NCBI GenBank assembly: GCA_973851085.1
Contig: OZ316775.1
Location: 930,001-994,000 of the forward strand
Length of the DNA stretch: 64,000 bases
Direction of reading: 5' to 3'
Source: Ptychomitrium polyphyllum
Lineage: Eukaryota
Shown: positions 25,849-40,100 of the stretch, one piece after another
Layout: each line of letters opens with the position of its first letter
How positions within the stretch are numbered: the stretch's first letter is position 1
Program-made: the position numbers and the translations under genes
The notes under the pieces: generated by a model
Database searches by the model: none
The model's input: the letters and a program-made list of their open reading frames with translations, nothing else
Told to the model about the DNA's origin: nothing

Positions 25849-26047
25849 GTTTGTCAAGACTAACATATAACAATATCAGAGCTTGGTCTTCCTTGATAGA
25901 GAGTGGATCACCCCTCTTTCTCTAAGGGTTGTGGATTACTCTCTTCTAGACTGATATTTCCTCTTGAAATTTCTTTAATTTCTTGCGTAGATAGTAGTTT
26001 TTATCTATTTCCACTTCATTTCTATACTAGGAGGTGAAGAAATCAAT

Positions 26048-27085
26048 ATGATTGATTCAAAAGAAACAAAATTAGATTCCATCATCAATGCCCTTGAAGC
26101 ATTGAGGATCAAGACCAAGACTTTATCCAAGCAAAACAAAGAATTGTATTTGACCATATACATTGGTAAAAAAATGGGAACACCACAGTTGCTATCCCAA
26201 GTCAATTTAGGTGTTTCATTGTCTAGACCTTATTTGGTAGATGACGGACAAGTTCAAACTAGGAATTCAATGCCGATGATTAAAGAACCAAGAATTAGTT
26301 CCAAAAAAGTTTGATGGTACGTGCTCAAAATTTTGGGGCTTTGTAAACCAAGTTCAACATGTTACCTTGCTTCAACCTCTACAGTATCCTACGGATGCTT
26401 TGCATATTGGTTTAGTAGGAATATTCCTCTCAGGATAAGCATTGTCTTGGTTTGCGCCACTTTTTGAGAAGAATTCCCCCATACTTAGTAACTTTGATGC
26501 CTTCCTAGCTGCATTTGCAGAAGCATTTGGTGACCATGACAAGCTTTGTTCTGCAACTATTAAGATTCATGCCTTGCGCCAAGGGCCACGTTCTATGTCA
26601 ATTTATGCATTAAAATTTTGACAACCTGCATGCAACATCAATTGGAGAGAAGAAGCGTTGATGAGCTAATTTCATTGGCGCATACATGACAAGATTAAGG
26701 ATTTATTACTATCCATGCCAGACCTCCAAACACTTGATGAAGCCATCATCCAAGCTTTGAAATGCGACGATCACTATTTCAATGTCGACAAGATAAACAG
26801 ACTTTGATTACGCCTCGGCCTTTTATCAACTTTTCAGTAGTTGCAGCCCCATTTACCTCTGATAAGTATTTAGAAGCAAAAGCCGTGCACATTGATGCGG
26901 TTTGCTTCAGATCCCTCACCAAATATGAGAAAAAACGACAAAGGGAGCAAGTATTGTGTTTGTACTGTGGAAAATCTGGCTACAAGGTTGGAAACTACCT
27001 AGACAAACTTCCAGATACATATTGGATGAGAGATACAACCACCATGCTGAATGTTTTGCAGGAAAACAAGGATGTCCAGCCATAG
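26048..27085 (+). pseudogene. gag remnant (PEG10-like capsid, degenerate zinc knuckle)
   Basis: KEPRIS..KFDGT, ALSWFAPL, LRQGPRS, CLYCGKSGY; in-frame stops and frameshifts. Confidence 0.85.
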
Positions 27086-30000
27086 TAAGGACCGTGTGGC
27101 TGGATCCGCTTCCTTTGCAAGAAAACAAAGGCCCTGTTCTATCCGCCCACTCTTCCTCTTGTTTTACTATACCTGTTTGTTTAGGTGTTCAGAAGCTCAA
27201 AAGCCTTGCTCTAATAGATTCAAGACCCTCTGCTTGCTTTATTGACAAAGAATTTATGAAAACCCATAAGTTTCCTTTTAGTAAAAAACCCAAATCCGTC
27301 CATATAGAAGTCATAGATGGTCAACTGCTATCTTCCGGAGATGTTATTCATGAGACCAATCCATTAACAATAATATTGAACAATCACACTAGCCAAGTGA
27401 TATTTAATGTCATTAGGTCTCCGTCAAATTCCATCATTCTAGGGCTTTCTTGGCTTGAAAAATACAACCCGCAGATAGATTTGGCATCCCTCAAAGTAGA
27501 ATTTCCATCATTAGAATCTGTAACTACTAAGCCTACGGAGGAAGTATATTGATGAAAACTTAGCCAAGAACCTCATACAACATTCAAAGTTTCATGTTGG
27601 TGCTCTGATACTTTTTGTAAAGAAGAAAGATGGATCCTTACAAATGTGTGTTGATTACTGCAGCCTCAACAAAATGACAGTGAAGAACCAATATCCATTG
27701 CCCCTGACATCTGGGTTTCTTGATCAACTCGGCCAAACAAAGATCTATACCAAAATAGACTTGCAAGGAGCCTACAATTTAGTGCGCATCAAAGAAGGAG
27801 ATGAATGGAAGACGGCATTTTGAACAAGATATGGACATTTTGAATACAATGTCATGCCTTTTGAACTTATCAACGCACCTGCTATTTTTCAACACTTGAT
27901 GAATGATTTATTTTGGGAATGCCTTGATGATTCTATTGTATGCTATTTGGATGATATCTTGATCTATCCAAAGAATCTAGAGGAACATGAACGACATGTC
28001 CGCATAATCCTACAAAAGCTACAAGATGCCGGTTTGTATGCCAAGCTGGAGAAATGTGTATTCCACGAACCTCAAGTAAAATTTCTTGGTTATCATCTCC
28101 ATCAAAGGATTATTAATGGATTTAAAGAAAGTCAAAGCAATTAGCAATTGGACAAGGCCAAAATCAGTAAGTAATATCCAATGTTTTCTTGAATTTGCAA
28201 ACTTCTATAGGATCTTCATCAAGGACTATTCTCAAATAGTTATACTACTCACGCAATTAACATGCAAGGAAAAGCTTGAGTGGAGATCCAATGCTGAGGA
28301 TGCATTCCAAAGTTTGAAGCAAGCTTTTACCACAGTTCTTATTCTGGTCCATCTGGACTTTTTGAAGCAATTTTATCTTGAGACAAATGCTTCCAACTTT
28401 ATACTAGAAGTAGTTTTGTCACAAACGGGTAAGAAAGGAGACTCCATCCAATTGCATTCCATTCCAGAAAGTTTTCAGCTGCAAATATCAACTACGAGAT
28501 CCACAATAAGGAACTCCTTGCAATTGTAGATTCCTTCTAAGAATAGTGTCACTTGCTCGAGGGTGCCGCGCATCCAGTGATTATATATACAGATCACAAG
28601 AACTTGGAATATTTCATGTCAGCCTATGTTTTGAATAACCATTAAGCTTGTTGGAGTATGTTTCTATCTCAATTTGATTTTTGCATCACATATCGACTCG
28701 GAATACAGCAAGGGTTATCAGATGCTTTGTCAAGGCAATCATATCTTGTGCCAAAAGAGGGAGAAGCAACACACAATCAACAAAAAGCAACTTTGTTGAA
28801 ATTCGAACGGTTTTGTATACACACAACCACCATTTCAACTCCGGTGGATTCATTGTTCCTTGACTAAGTGCGTGTGACATCTACCTAAGACCCTCTTATT
28901 CTTGATATCAAGCTTTGTCCCAACAACCTCCTTGAAGACGTGTCTAAATTCAAATTACAAAACAACCTTCTCTACTTTGAAGAACGTTTATATATTTTTG
29001 AAGGACCAATTCGCCTTCGATATCTTCAAACACGTTATCACTTTCCTGCGGCTAGACATTTTGAATTCAAGAAAACCTTGGAATTCTTTTCTTGAGACTT
29101 TTGGTGGCCTCAAATGTGGAAGGCCGTTAAGGAGTTTGTACTCTTGTGTCATATCTGCTCTAGGTCAAAAAACCCTCGACACCGTCCATATGAACTTCTC
29201 CAATCACTACCTATTCTAAGGCAATTGTGGTCGTCCATTTCAATGGATTTTATTATAGATCTTTCAGCGTCAAATTCTTTTGATACCATCTTCATTGTGG
29301 TAGATCGGTTGACCAAAATGGCAAACTTTGTACCTTGCAAAAAGACAATTACGGGTGAAGAAGCTGCCACACTCTTCATAAATAATGTCTATCGCTACCA
29401 CAGATTACCCTACAATATTATATTGGATTGTAGACCACAGTTTATATTAAGATTTTGGAAGTCGCTCTTTGAGATCTTTAAGGTAGAAATCAAACTTTCT
29501 TCTGCCTTCCATCCTCAAAACAATGGCCAAACAGAGCGAGTCAACCAGATCTTGGAACAATATTCAAGGTATACCATCAACTATCAAGAAGATGATTGGA
29601 CTTCCTACTTGACATTAGCTGAGTTTGCCTATAATAAGACCACACAATAAACGCCATTCTACTCCAACTATGGACAACATCCAAAAATGAATATGTTAGA
29701 GCCTCCACAATCTAAAAATCCAGCAGCAGTGGAATTTGCCAAAAGAATGGCAGAGCTTCAAACAACCATGGAGACTCAACTAAATGAAGCTCGGAAACAA
29801 TATAAAACCGCAGCAAATGCAATAAAGAAGGAACAACCTCCATTCCAAATTGGTAAGCAGGTGTGGCTCCTTTGACGCAATATAAGGACTAGTAGGCCAT
29901 GTGACAAGCTTAACTATTGCAGATTGGGACCATTTGCAATTGAAAAACAAGTCAACCACGTAGAATATTGTTTGGAACTACCAACATCAATAAAGGTACA

Positions 30001-30270
30001 TCCCATCTTTGAAGTTTTACTTTTGGAGATTTATAAGGAATCAAGTATTCTTGGACGATGGCAATTTCCACCACTTGTGGTCAAAATCAACGATCATCAT
30101 AAATTTGAAGTAGAAGAAGTGCTTGACTTGCGGATAAGACGTGGAAAGCTAGAATACTTGGTATATTGGAGCGGATATGACATCAGTGATGTACATGGAA
30201 GCCAGCTAACAACCTTGCCAATTCACCAGTAAAAGTTTGTAAGTTCCATTGAGAACATCTATTCAAACCA
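27061..30270 (+). pseudogene. pol remnant: aspartic protease, RT, RNase H, integrase, chromodomain
   Basis: ALIDS (protease), [20 protein letters not shown] (RT), ETNASN and YTDHKNL (RNase H), SMDFI..VVDRLTKMA..NGQTERVNQ (integrase), GPF motif, FEVEEVLDLRIRRGKLEYLVYWSGY (chromodomain); multiple stops and frameshifts. Confidence 0.93.
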
Positions 30271-30860
30271 AAAGTAGCAGTAGATGGAACAGTGGCTTGG
30301 TGAGGCTGTGTAACCTTGAAGGCTCTTGATGCTTGGGCTTTTAAGTAGGAGAGAAAACAACTCCTAGATCATAAGTTTCTAAAGTCCTAGACATGATTTT
30401 AAAATTAGTCATTTATATTTTGAAATTTGTCATAGTTTTTTGAGACTAGCTTGATATATTAGATATGGATAGTCAAGATGCAAATACCATGCCAGTGGTA
30501 TCAATCCAACCAAGTGGCTTTCGTTGACGACCTCATGAGGAAGAACACATTAGACCAAGAAGACGTCGGAGGTTATCCAGCAATAGATTGTTGATGATTG
30601 TCTTCGAAGTGGAGTCAACTTACAAAAATTATTCAAAAGCTATTTTTTAAGGATGCTTTCACAATGAAGATACAGAAGTTCATACTTGGTTCCAAGTAGA
30701 AGACGTTGGAGACTATTGGTAGTTACAAAAACCAATGAACCATTTGAATTGAGAAAGGCAATTGGAGTATGTTGCAGATATTTTACGACAAGTTTTTGAC
30801 TTTTTACGACTCTGAGCATTTGTTGCTCTTTGGAGACCTTGAAGCTAGGAGGACAGGTGA

Positions 30861-31286
30861 TGTCATAGACATACATATTAGAAGCATCTAGAAAGGTTCT
30901 TAGAATATTTAGAAAGTTTCCTTAACTTGGGAAACTTCCAAGGAAGTTATCTTTGGATTAGGAAGCTTTTAAGGAAGTTGCCTTGACTGAGGAAGCTTTC
31001 AAGGAAGTTGCCTTGGTTTAGGAAACTTCCAAGGAAGCAACTCAAGGTTGCGTGAATACAAAGCAATGTAGGTGAAGCTTCTAAGGCTTGTAATTCAAGT
31101 ATATATAGGAATTAAGGTTGAAGATCTCTTCAGTCTTGACAACGTATCTCTTGTGGTCTAGCTCAGACCTTTTGGCCTTGTCTTTTGTACCTTGTTGTAG
31201 TTTGTTATCTTTAATATACTTGGACTTATCTTGTTTTACATCCTGGAATCCTAGAGCCTTGTCTTGTGGTTACTTTGTTTGTAACA
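30861..31286 (+). repeat. 3' LTR (426 bp, TG..CA)
   Basis: Starts tgtcatag right after the PPT, ends tgtaaca, followed by TSD tacat. Confidence 0.95.
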
Positions 31287-34200
31287 TACATCTTCTAAAT
31301 CTTAAAACTATCCTCAATCTAAAAAAATTGAAGAAGATGAAAAAAAAAAAAAAAAAACTAAAGGTTACAAATTGCAATCACCGTAATTAGCTCCAAATAG
31401 TCATTTTCACATTTCTATAAGTTTTAGGAAAATTTAATCTAGTGTCCCTCCCTTCTTTATACACATTTTAATTCTAAGTGGGCAATTTGAGCTAGTCTAT
31501 TCTACTATTGTATACCTCTAAGGCTTACAAATGACTATCACGCATTGGCGCCATCATTTAACATAATAATTGTTGTATTATTCCATAGCAATAATAAAAG
31601 GTGTTATTTCATCAAATCACTACTAAATACATACGTATCAAGGAAAACATCATAAGCATACATCATATGTGCCTTATGGCAAAGCAAGGCAAGTAGATGT
31701 AGTCTTACAACTGCTTCTTTGGCTAAATAATGCTTCTTTGGAGCTCAATTAGTACTAAATGGTGAAGACAAACTATATGCCAACTTTGCTCATGTAAATC
31801 ATACAACAATATGGTGGCTACTCCTATACTTTTTCTATATATGCAACAAATATATTTAATTGAAGCCATTATCAACTCCAAATATATAGCACCTTCAATG
31901 AGGTAATAGCAAAGAATACAAATTTTTTTATTGACCTTGCATTCTTGTTCATATTTTCCTTTTAAGAAAACAATTCTTCAAGAAGATCTTCTAAGCTTAA
32001 ACATTTAAGGTTATAGGTGTTCTTACTACTAACAATGAAGTCATAAAAATAAACGCATACAAGCTTTTTAGAAATAACATTTAATGCTCATATTCTTACA
32101 AAAGAATACAAAAATCTAAATAAAATGGATTAGATACAAATAGGTGAAAAATTAATTGAATAATAAGTAGATAAAAGCCTAGTGACTTTCCAAGTAAATG
32201 AATGGAAATGACTATTTACTAAATTATATAGTGTTGACTTATCAAGTGGCAAAATGACGGTATATTGGATGGAAGGTCTATATGATGAAGACATGTTATA
32301 TTGGAAGTGAGATGATGAGCCATTTGAATTGATATTGGAATAAAGCATTACATTGCAAGAATTCTGTTGGTCAACATTTGGAATGGATTAGAAGGACGAA
32401 GGTATTTTTTAAGAATTTAAGTCTTTAGAATGTACTTAGAAGGTCTTAAGATGTATTATATGTATAAGTTTGTAACATCTACTTTAAATATTAAGTTGGA
32501 ATTTTTGTAATTATGTACTTTGAACTATTGAACATGTCCAAAAAAACTAATTATACAAAACTTAAGAATTAAGTAGTTAATGAAGTTTAATACTAGAATA
32601 TAAGGTTAAAAAGTTTTATGCTTGTTTAAATAAGAATCATGAAGTACTTAATTGAAAGAGATCTAATAAATTAGAACTAAAGCATTTAATTTGAATGGAC
32701 ACTTGAACTAAGAAGAAAATGTATGAGCAAGGCAAAAGATTCTTAATTTACTATAAGGAATAATTTTATGCTTATTATACAAATTATATACATCTTGATA
32801 TTGTACTATTTATAAAAAAAAAATTGTTCAAATATTAGATCCATTCCATTCTTAAAAATAATAGAGAAATAACAGCTTTTCTTTTTATGATTTACAAACG
32901 TATATATAATTTCTTGTCTAAATTAAAACTTTTAGATTTGGTTTTCAATAAAACAATAATAATGCACAAAATACTTTAGCGGAAACTGTAGCATTATATT
33001 TTTTAAAAGTGGCCATTATTAATGAATGTTGATCTACATATCAATGTCAATGATGTATATTTCATCAAGATACTAAGTTAATATTGTAATTTTGGATGTT
33101 TAATTATAAAACATAGTTTAGAGATTTTGGAATTGCTTATCTAATGGATCATCAAAACATCCACACAACCACTATTACAAGCATGGACACTTTAATATAT
33201 GGCTTTAGAAATTTTGTACATTGAAAAAGAAATATTAAAGATTGAAATGAATTATAAATGAAAAGATTGAACATGAAAAGATGGAAATTCCAAATCACTT
33301 ACATTTGGGTTCTTTATTGCCATCATAATCCAAAGGCCTTACCGGCTATAAAGGCATGTGGTTCAATGTTTGCATCAAGTTTATAGCATTGACAATATAG
33401 ATTGTGTAAGATACTAATGTGTTCATAATGCCTCTATACCAAGCCATTGAAAGTCTATATCTCATTTTAATTTTTACAAATAATAGACTCTATGTTACAA
33501 CAATCTTTTGAGGTTATATAGAAATGAATTCAAAAATTAAGTTCACATAAAGAAACATGATTAATCACAAAAGATAACATAAAGATTTTTAATTTTTAAT
33601 TTTTTTTCATTTGGTGGTATTTTTCATTACTAGTCAGTCAAGTTGAATATATCAAAGTCAAAACAAGAATAAGGGAAAGACCAAATTCTCTGCTGCAACT
33701 TTGTTCATGCTGGGTAGAATTTCAATTGTCTGATTTTTGTGTCCAACATTTTTGTTGCATGAAATGAATAAGTTCAGTTCTAATGCAATCTTATAATACA
33801 AACTGGCTCATGTAATGGAAACTATAATTGGCATTACAGTAGGTAAAACAATCATAACCTCACTTTGATGCTGAGAATTCCGAAGTGGGATCACATTACA
33901 GTGCATTACTGTGGGAGACCTGTAATTCGTGTTTCTAATCAAATTCCAGTTTTGTGTAACCCTAAATTGAACTAATAGCATTCAGAATGAGTAATCAACT
34001 ACACCAGTACGAGCTACATAATTGAGTTGTCAAACTTGTCATCCGCAGTAGTTTTGGTGGTTTTAAGAATTTAAGCTGGTACAGTCACGAATAACTTGGT
34101 GACAGTACTGAAACCTTGATTTACTATGGCCTACACTGGTTTACACTTTCATCTTTACATCTTTCAATGAACTTTCACTAAGAAAAGTATTTTTCTATAA

Positions 34201-34768
34201 TAAAAGTGTCAAGTAGGTAAAGAGCTTTCATATTAACCTTATCCTCACCCCCTAAGTTGGTTAAGTGAACATTCACAGTAAAAGTTTAATGCCTTGTATA
34301 TAAAATATTAAGTCAATTAATATACCCTGCAGCAAATGTTTGCTCTCCTGCCCAAATCAAATGCTTTGCCAATCCTTGAGTCGTGACCTTACTGTACACT
34401 CACTCCACTCTGCCAATTCAAGTTGCCATCCCCATTTTCAAATCCCGGTCTGGAACGGTTCTTCAACGATCTAGCTGAGATGGAATTGTAAACTGCCAAT
34501 CACCCGTGCTCACAAGTACTTAGTTGCAACTTAACAACGGAGCCTCGGTGAGGCCATTGAATGTGCATTTATAAGTTTTTGAATTCAACTATCCTTGATA
34601 GTATTGGATCAGACCCCATGCTACAAGTGCTCATCAACGTGTAATTGCAGCACATCAACACCAGAAAGTATATAACTGACTTTACTAAAGAGTAATTTAT
34701 TTTGCACTAGCTGTATCCAGGCGCCGATCGTAGTTGACATATCCAGTGAGAGCCCAGTTTTTATCAAA

Positions 34769-36588
34769 ATGCTCTTATACTCATGTATGGCTTGCCCTTT
34801 CCCGTTCCTCCTCTTCGTTGCAATAATCCTTGTGATATTGCTGCACGGCTCAAATGGATTTTCCATAGCCAATCCAGAAACTCACAACCAGTCGACCCAG
34901 CAAAAGGCGTTCACCAATTGGCTCTACCAAGTGCAGTCCCGGGCTAAACTGGTACCACGATTAGTATCCATAGATCAGATTACTCCTGCACTTGAGATAG
35001 AGGGTAAGGTTACCTTCACTGTAGATCAGGAAGGCAACGGAGACTTTGTGACGGTGCAGGCAGCCATAGATGCGGTGGCAACTCTGAATTCACTGCAAGT
35101 GACAATTCACATCAGAGCAGGAATCTACTTGTAAGTGTCCTGCATTAAATCGTCTTTCCTGAAATATCAGCAAGAAGATACGCATCGAATTCTGTGATCA
35201 TTTTTATGTTTCATGACTTGGGTGGGCTTTCTGTGACTGCAGGGAAAAAGTGGTGATTCCAAAAGCAAAGCCATACATAACCCTGCACGGAGAAGGGAGC
35301 ATGGGCACAGTTCTGGAGTGGAATGATACAGCGAGTAACGTTGATCTCCAAGGCAACCTACTGACGACGTACCACAGCGCCACGGTGACCGTTGAGAGCC
35401 ATGGATTTGTAGCACGAAACCTGACATTCAAGGTAAACATCAAATGCGCAAGAAATATCAAATTGATCTTCATAGACAGTCCAGTTTACTCCCGCTCGAG
35501 ATGCTTAGGGTCCAAAGTAGAGCAAACTGACGACTTTACTATTTCTATTAGAATTACCAAACCAATCACTTATTCTCCTTGTCAATTGTCCTATACACTA
35601 CATTAAATTACTCCTGGGAAAACAATTGCAGAATTCTGCACCAGCTCCGCCAATCGGAGCATACGGAAGGCAGGCGGCTGCAATACGGATCTCTGGGGAT
35701 ATGGCCGCATTCCATGGGTGCCGTTTCCTAGGTGCACAGGATACACTCTATGACCACAAAGGCCGCCACTACTTCCAAGATTGCTACATAGAGGGCTCCG
35801 TAGATTTCATCTTTGGTGACGGACTGTCACAGTATCGGGTCAGTTTCCTATTCCACACGGCTGCGGATTTTTTAGTGTTTTAAAAAATTAAATGGCAACC
35901 TACACTACACCCGAAGTTTTACTCTACATGATTCCCAAGCTTTTGAATTGCTTCTTATTCTAGGAAGTTTACATTGCAATAAGCAAAAGCTAGTGAGGTT
36001 CCCGTAAATTACTAATCAAGTGTTGAAAAGGTTGTGACCTTCCACAATGACTGACGTGATATACTACAAGTTCCTTGACTTTAAATGCAGGCATGCGAGC
36101 TGCATGCTATCTCGCACCAAGGAGCTTTCACAGCCCAAAAAAGGAAAGCTGCCTCTGACCACAGTGGTTTCTCGTTTGTGGACTGCAAAGTAACGGGTCG
36201 TGGGCAACTTTACCTAGGACGGGCTTGGGGTCTGTTTGCACGCGTTGTGTTCGCCTTTACATACATGGAAGATGTTGTTGATTCGAGAGGGTGGTCCGAC
36301 TGGGACGATGGCGCTCGAGACTTGTAAGTTTCATACAGAACTGACGCAACCAATTCTTACTTGGAGATTTGAGAGCAGGTGTCACATTCTCAAGCACTAC
36401 TGGTTTGTGTCATTCGCAGGAATATTTTCTTCGGCCAGTACAATTGTTTCGGTCCAGGATCTGCACAAGCAAGACGAGTTCGATGGGCTCATGAGCTGAA
36501 CTTTGAAGAAGCCCAGCCCTTTCTCTCCCTCGCCTTCATCGATGGGGAGCAATGGGTGAATCATCACTTATTGCACCTGAAGCCATAG
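34769..36588 (+). CDS. Pectin methylesterase (type II, no PMEI pro-domain); exons 34769-35130, 35243-35432, 35632-35838, 36091-36323, 36420-36588
   Basis: Signal peptide; [51 protein letters not shown]; canonical introns. Confidence 0.95.
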
Positions 36589-37186
36589 TGCCAATTTAGT
36601 CAATAGCCTGCAACATTTTCTTACGTAGTGCCATCATTAGGTTGATGAGTCAGGTCATCTAGCAGAAACGTCATAGTCATGGACACATCTCTAGTATTTC
36701 CTTCATGCATGAACATTGCCTATAAATTGCACTCTTGCAATCTATTATGAGAAACATAAGGTATAATCTGTACCTGCTAGTCAAGAGAATTTCACATGTA
36801 AGTTAAATGTAACAGAGGGACAACCAAAAACCACTCACACAACAGAGATGATGCTAAAGCTTGCTTTAATGAATTGGATGTTAAAATCTTGTGTTCTTTT
36901 CGGTTTACAATGTGGTGTCAAATCATGACAAGTGTCTTCACTAGCACACTATGTCCCTGTACAGAAACTCTCTTGGAAAAGAGTACATCCATATACAGAG
37001 ACAAAAGATCCTGAAGCCTAGGCAAAATTCTGTGCCTTGAAGTATCTGACTGCCTAAAAAGTATACACTCGCTGGTGCTCAACATGTGTTTGAGATCTTC
37101 AACACATGTAGCAAAAAAATCTGTAACAAGCTGCTGACTAGTCAGCGCAATGAATCTCGTTTTTGTAGGATACAGTGAAAAGTTCG

Positions 37187-40100
37187 CTACTGTGCACTCG
37201 ATCGATTTCTGAGCCGACGGAGCGCAAGGGAAACCTTAGAATTTTGGGACGCGTCTTCCTTCTTGTTCGATAACACCTTGCTAGCATCATCATTCTTGGT
37301 CTCTGACGCAGATTTCGGACCGACTTTAGTCTCAACCTCAGATTTGCGACTCAGTTTACCTTCAGCCTCAGATTTTCGACTTGGTTTTGTCTCGACGTCG
37401 GATTTGCGGCTCAACTTCACCTCAGAATCAGATTTACGACTCAATGATGTGGTTGGTTTTCGTGATGGTACTGGTAGAGTTGGTGAGATTGGAGCGGAGA
37501 CTTCGCTTGGAACATTGGGAATGGCCAACGGAGGTGGTCTTAAAGGAGCTGGTCTTGACCGAGGTAGCCTCTCAGCTTTCTCGTCGTTTTGCGAGCCGGC
37601 GCTCAGTGCCTTCGGCCGCTCAACGCCTGGACCTCTCTGGATCAATTTTTTTTCTGTACCAAAAGATTCAATTATACGAATTTAAAACCACATACCAATC
37701 TAGTAGTAAAGAGATAGATCAAAATTGTTCGGCCCATCTCTTAAATAAGCTTAGATAAAAGTGCTCTTATTCAGCCAGCCAGCCGCTAAGAAAGTTTCAT
37801 TTTGTTGATAACTCAAAAGCGACATTTCCGTTCAGTGTTCTCAACAAGCCCTCTGATGCAAGCACCGTTGTAACTCAAGAAACCGAAGTTGGCCCATGAA
37901 ATTGCTCACCCGTGAACGCATTAGAATCACCATATATATCTTTGATGAACGTGGTTTCATAATTTTCGTCTCGAATATTCACCACTGCACACGTCAACTC
38001 AAATCAGATAGGCAGCTCGGCCACAACTCACACAAACAAATACTCTGTCTAGTTTTTCTAGGATAATCTTGCTTCAAAACACTCCCACAACTCTGGTATT
38101 GTGGATAAGCTGACTTCAAGGTATTCGATTGAAGCTAAAACAAAGACATTACATTGGTGATTTGCAAAACGTACAGTGTTTGTAGAAACCATTTCTTCCT
38201 AATGATCCAGCTCCTACTAGCAGAATAGTTGCCTGCTGCTTGTCTCTTGATGACCCAATCGAGAGGTTTTTTGTGTCCACAAGAATTCCTGCGAGCTATT
38301 TCCCATCCATATAATTAAATTAAAGCACAGAATACCAGTCTGTAGTTGATAAACTCACATAGTCATTTCATCTTGGTGCTTCAGACACTAGATACATGGT
38401 ACAGAGAATTCGACTAAGAGTGGAGAGCAACGCCATACCAAAAGTGTCTTCATATAGCGTGCTTGGAGAAGTTTCGGAGCTTCCTGTCGAAACTTTTCAG
38501 AAACGATAGTGCAGCTAGATGCTGCCTGCATTCCAAGGAAATTATTCAGCAAGTGAAGCCGTCCAGAAAGCACTGCACCATTATCTATCACATGCATCTC
38601 ACCGACCCATTGTAGTTCGGTAAGTACCCAGGAATGAGAACGGATCAGCCTCAAAAGGTGACATTACCTCGTCTTTCGTGACCAGAATATCTTGACCAGC
38701 TACTGCCCGTTTCACGCGCCCAGCTACAACCGTTTCATTACTCGATGTGATCTGCTCAAAGGTTGACAATGCTGTTTAAACCCTATCCAGGCAAGGTTCT
38801 CGAACATATCATACATAAGATATTCAAATTAGGACACAATGTATGGACGCTAGACCGTTTGTAATACCTCGTCTAAGAAGAGTACAGCGTTTGCGTCAAC
38901 TCCGCAGACATGCAAAAGCCACGCAGCATCCCGATGCTGCCACATTTCCTTCTGACACATATTCATTACGGGAATAGGATGCCATTTCACAGAGGCTGAT
39001 GCCCTTGTGTTCTCCAACAGCCAAGCCGTGCAGAGTGTAGAAATCATGGAGCTTAAACCTGACAATAAAATTATGCGTAATAATAGTCAATTGCATGCAT
39101 TCAAAACCCTAACTTATCCCAAAGTTCAGTGCAAAGTCTTCAATGTGCAAACGCCAGGACTTTGCATTTAGAATCATGTCATCGATACAGAAGAAGGGAA
39201 GGAAACAACAAGCCAAAGGGAGATCGAAGAATGGCAAACACACCTTGACCGGCTTCTGATAATATCATGTGAAAACATTTCTCCGATTCCGTGTTCAAAG
39301 ACTCCAAGAATCGTTTCTTCTGGAGCGCAAGGAACTTGTTCAGATGCTCTATCTCGCGACACTTAAAGAAAAACTTCATAAGAGTGTTGTCTGTAGGAGG
39401 TGACCGACCGCGACCAGCAACAATGTGCTCAAATGAAACCGCCAGCGGTCGAGGTGAAGCAGGTAACAGCAGTGCAGTGCCAGAACCTGTCTTCTGCTTG
39501 TCCAAACTTTCGTTTTCATTGGAAATTGGACCTTCTGATTCAGCTTTCGATCCGTTGACGCCATTTCGTCCCACAATTGAAGCCGAACGCACATGGGAAG
39601 ACGAACGTGACCATACTCTTGTCCCTTGTTGAGCGCCCCCCGTCTCCGGACGTTTCGCGTTACTCGCTGCAACTGTAGAAGAGTTACTCGAACTGGTACT
39701 GTCGAAAGATGAGTTGGCAAGCAAGAACGTCTCTCCTCTGTTCGAACCTTGACCCCTAGGAGCTGTTCGTGAAATTGCATCCAATCTTGCAATTAGCGAG
39801 CTCTGAAATCCTGCCCTATCCGCAGATGTTCCATATACGCCAGGACTGATTGAAGACGCTCCATACACTCCAGAACTAGTCGGACTCTGCCTCCCTGCCC
39901 AACCCGGCGATCGAGCATGCAGTCCAGGACTTGTTGGAGTGCTCTGCATCCCATCTCTCGTTGGGGACGACGCAAACCACCCGGGACTATGAGAAGCTGC
40001 ATATATAGGGCTTGATGGAGAGCTCTGCGACCCTACGGTCCCTACCCTAACTGGCAACGGCAGAGGTGAATTAAACCCCTTAAAACTTCCAAAGCTACTC

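Larger units (their letters stand above)
25411..31286 (+). mobile_element. Full-length but decayed Ty3/gypsy LTR retrotransposon (chromovirus, Tcn1-like)
   Basis: Paired LTRs; 5-bp target-site duplication TACAT (25406-25410 and 31287-31291); PPT-like gaagctaggaggacaggtga (30841-30860); gag-PR-RT-RH-IN-chromodomain order with many stops and frameshifts. Confidence 0.96.

Noticed and set aside
31400..33700. Possible DNA-transposon coding relics in AT-rich DNA
   Set aside because: Too decayed to assign; no TIR, TSD or transposase motif identified.
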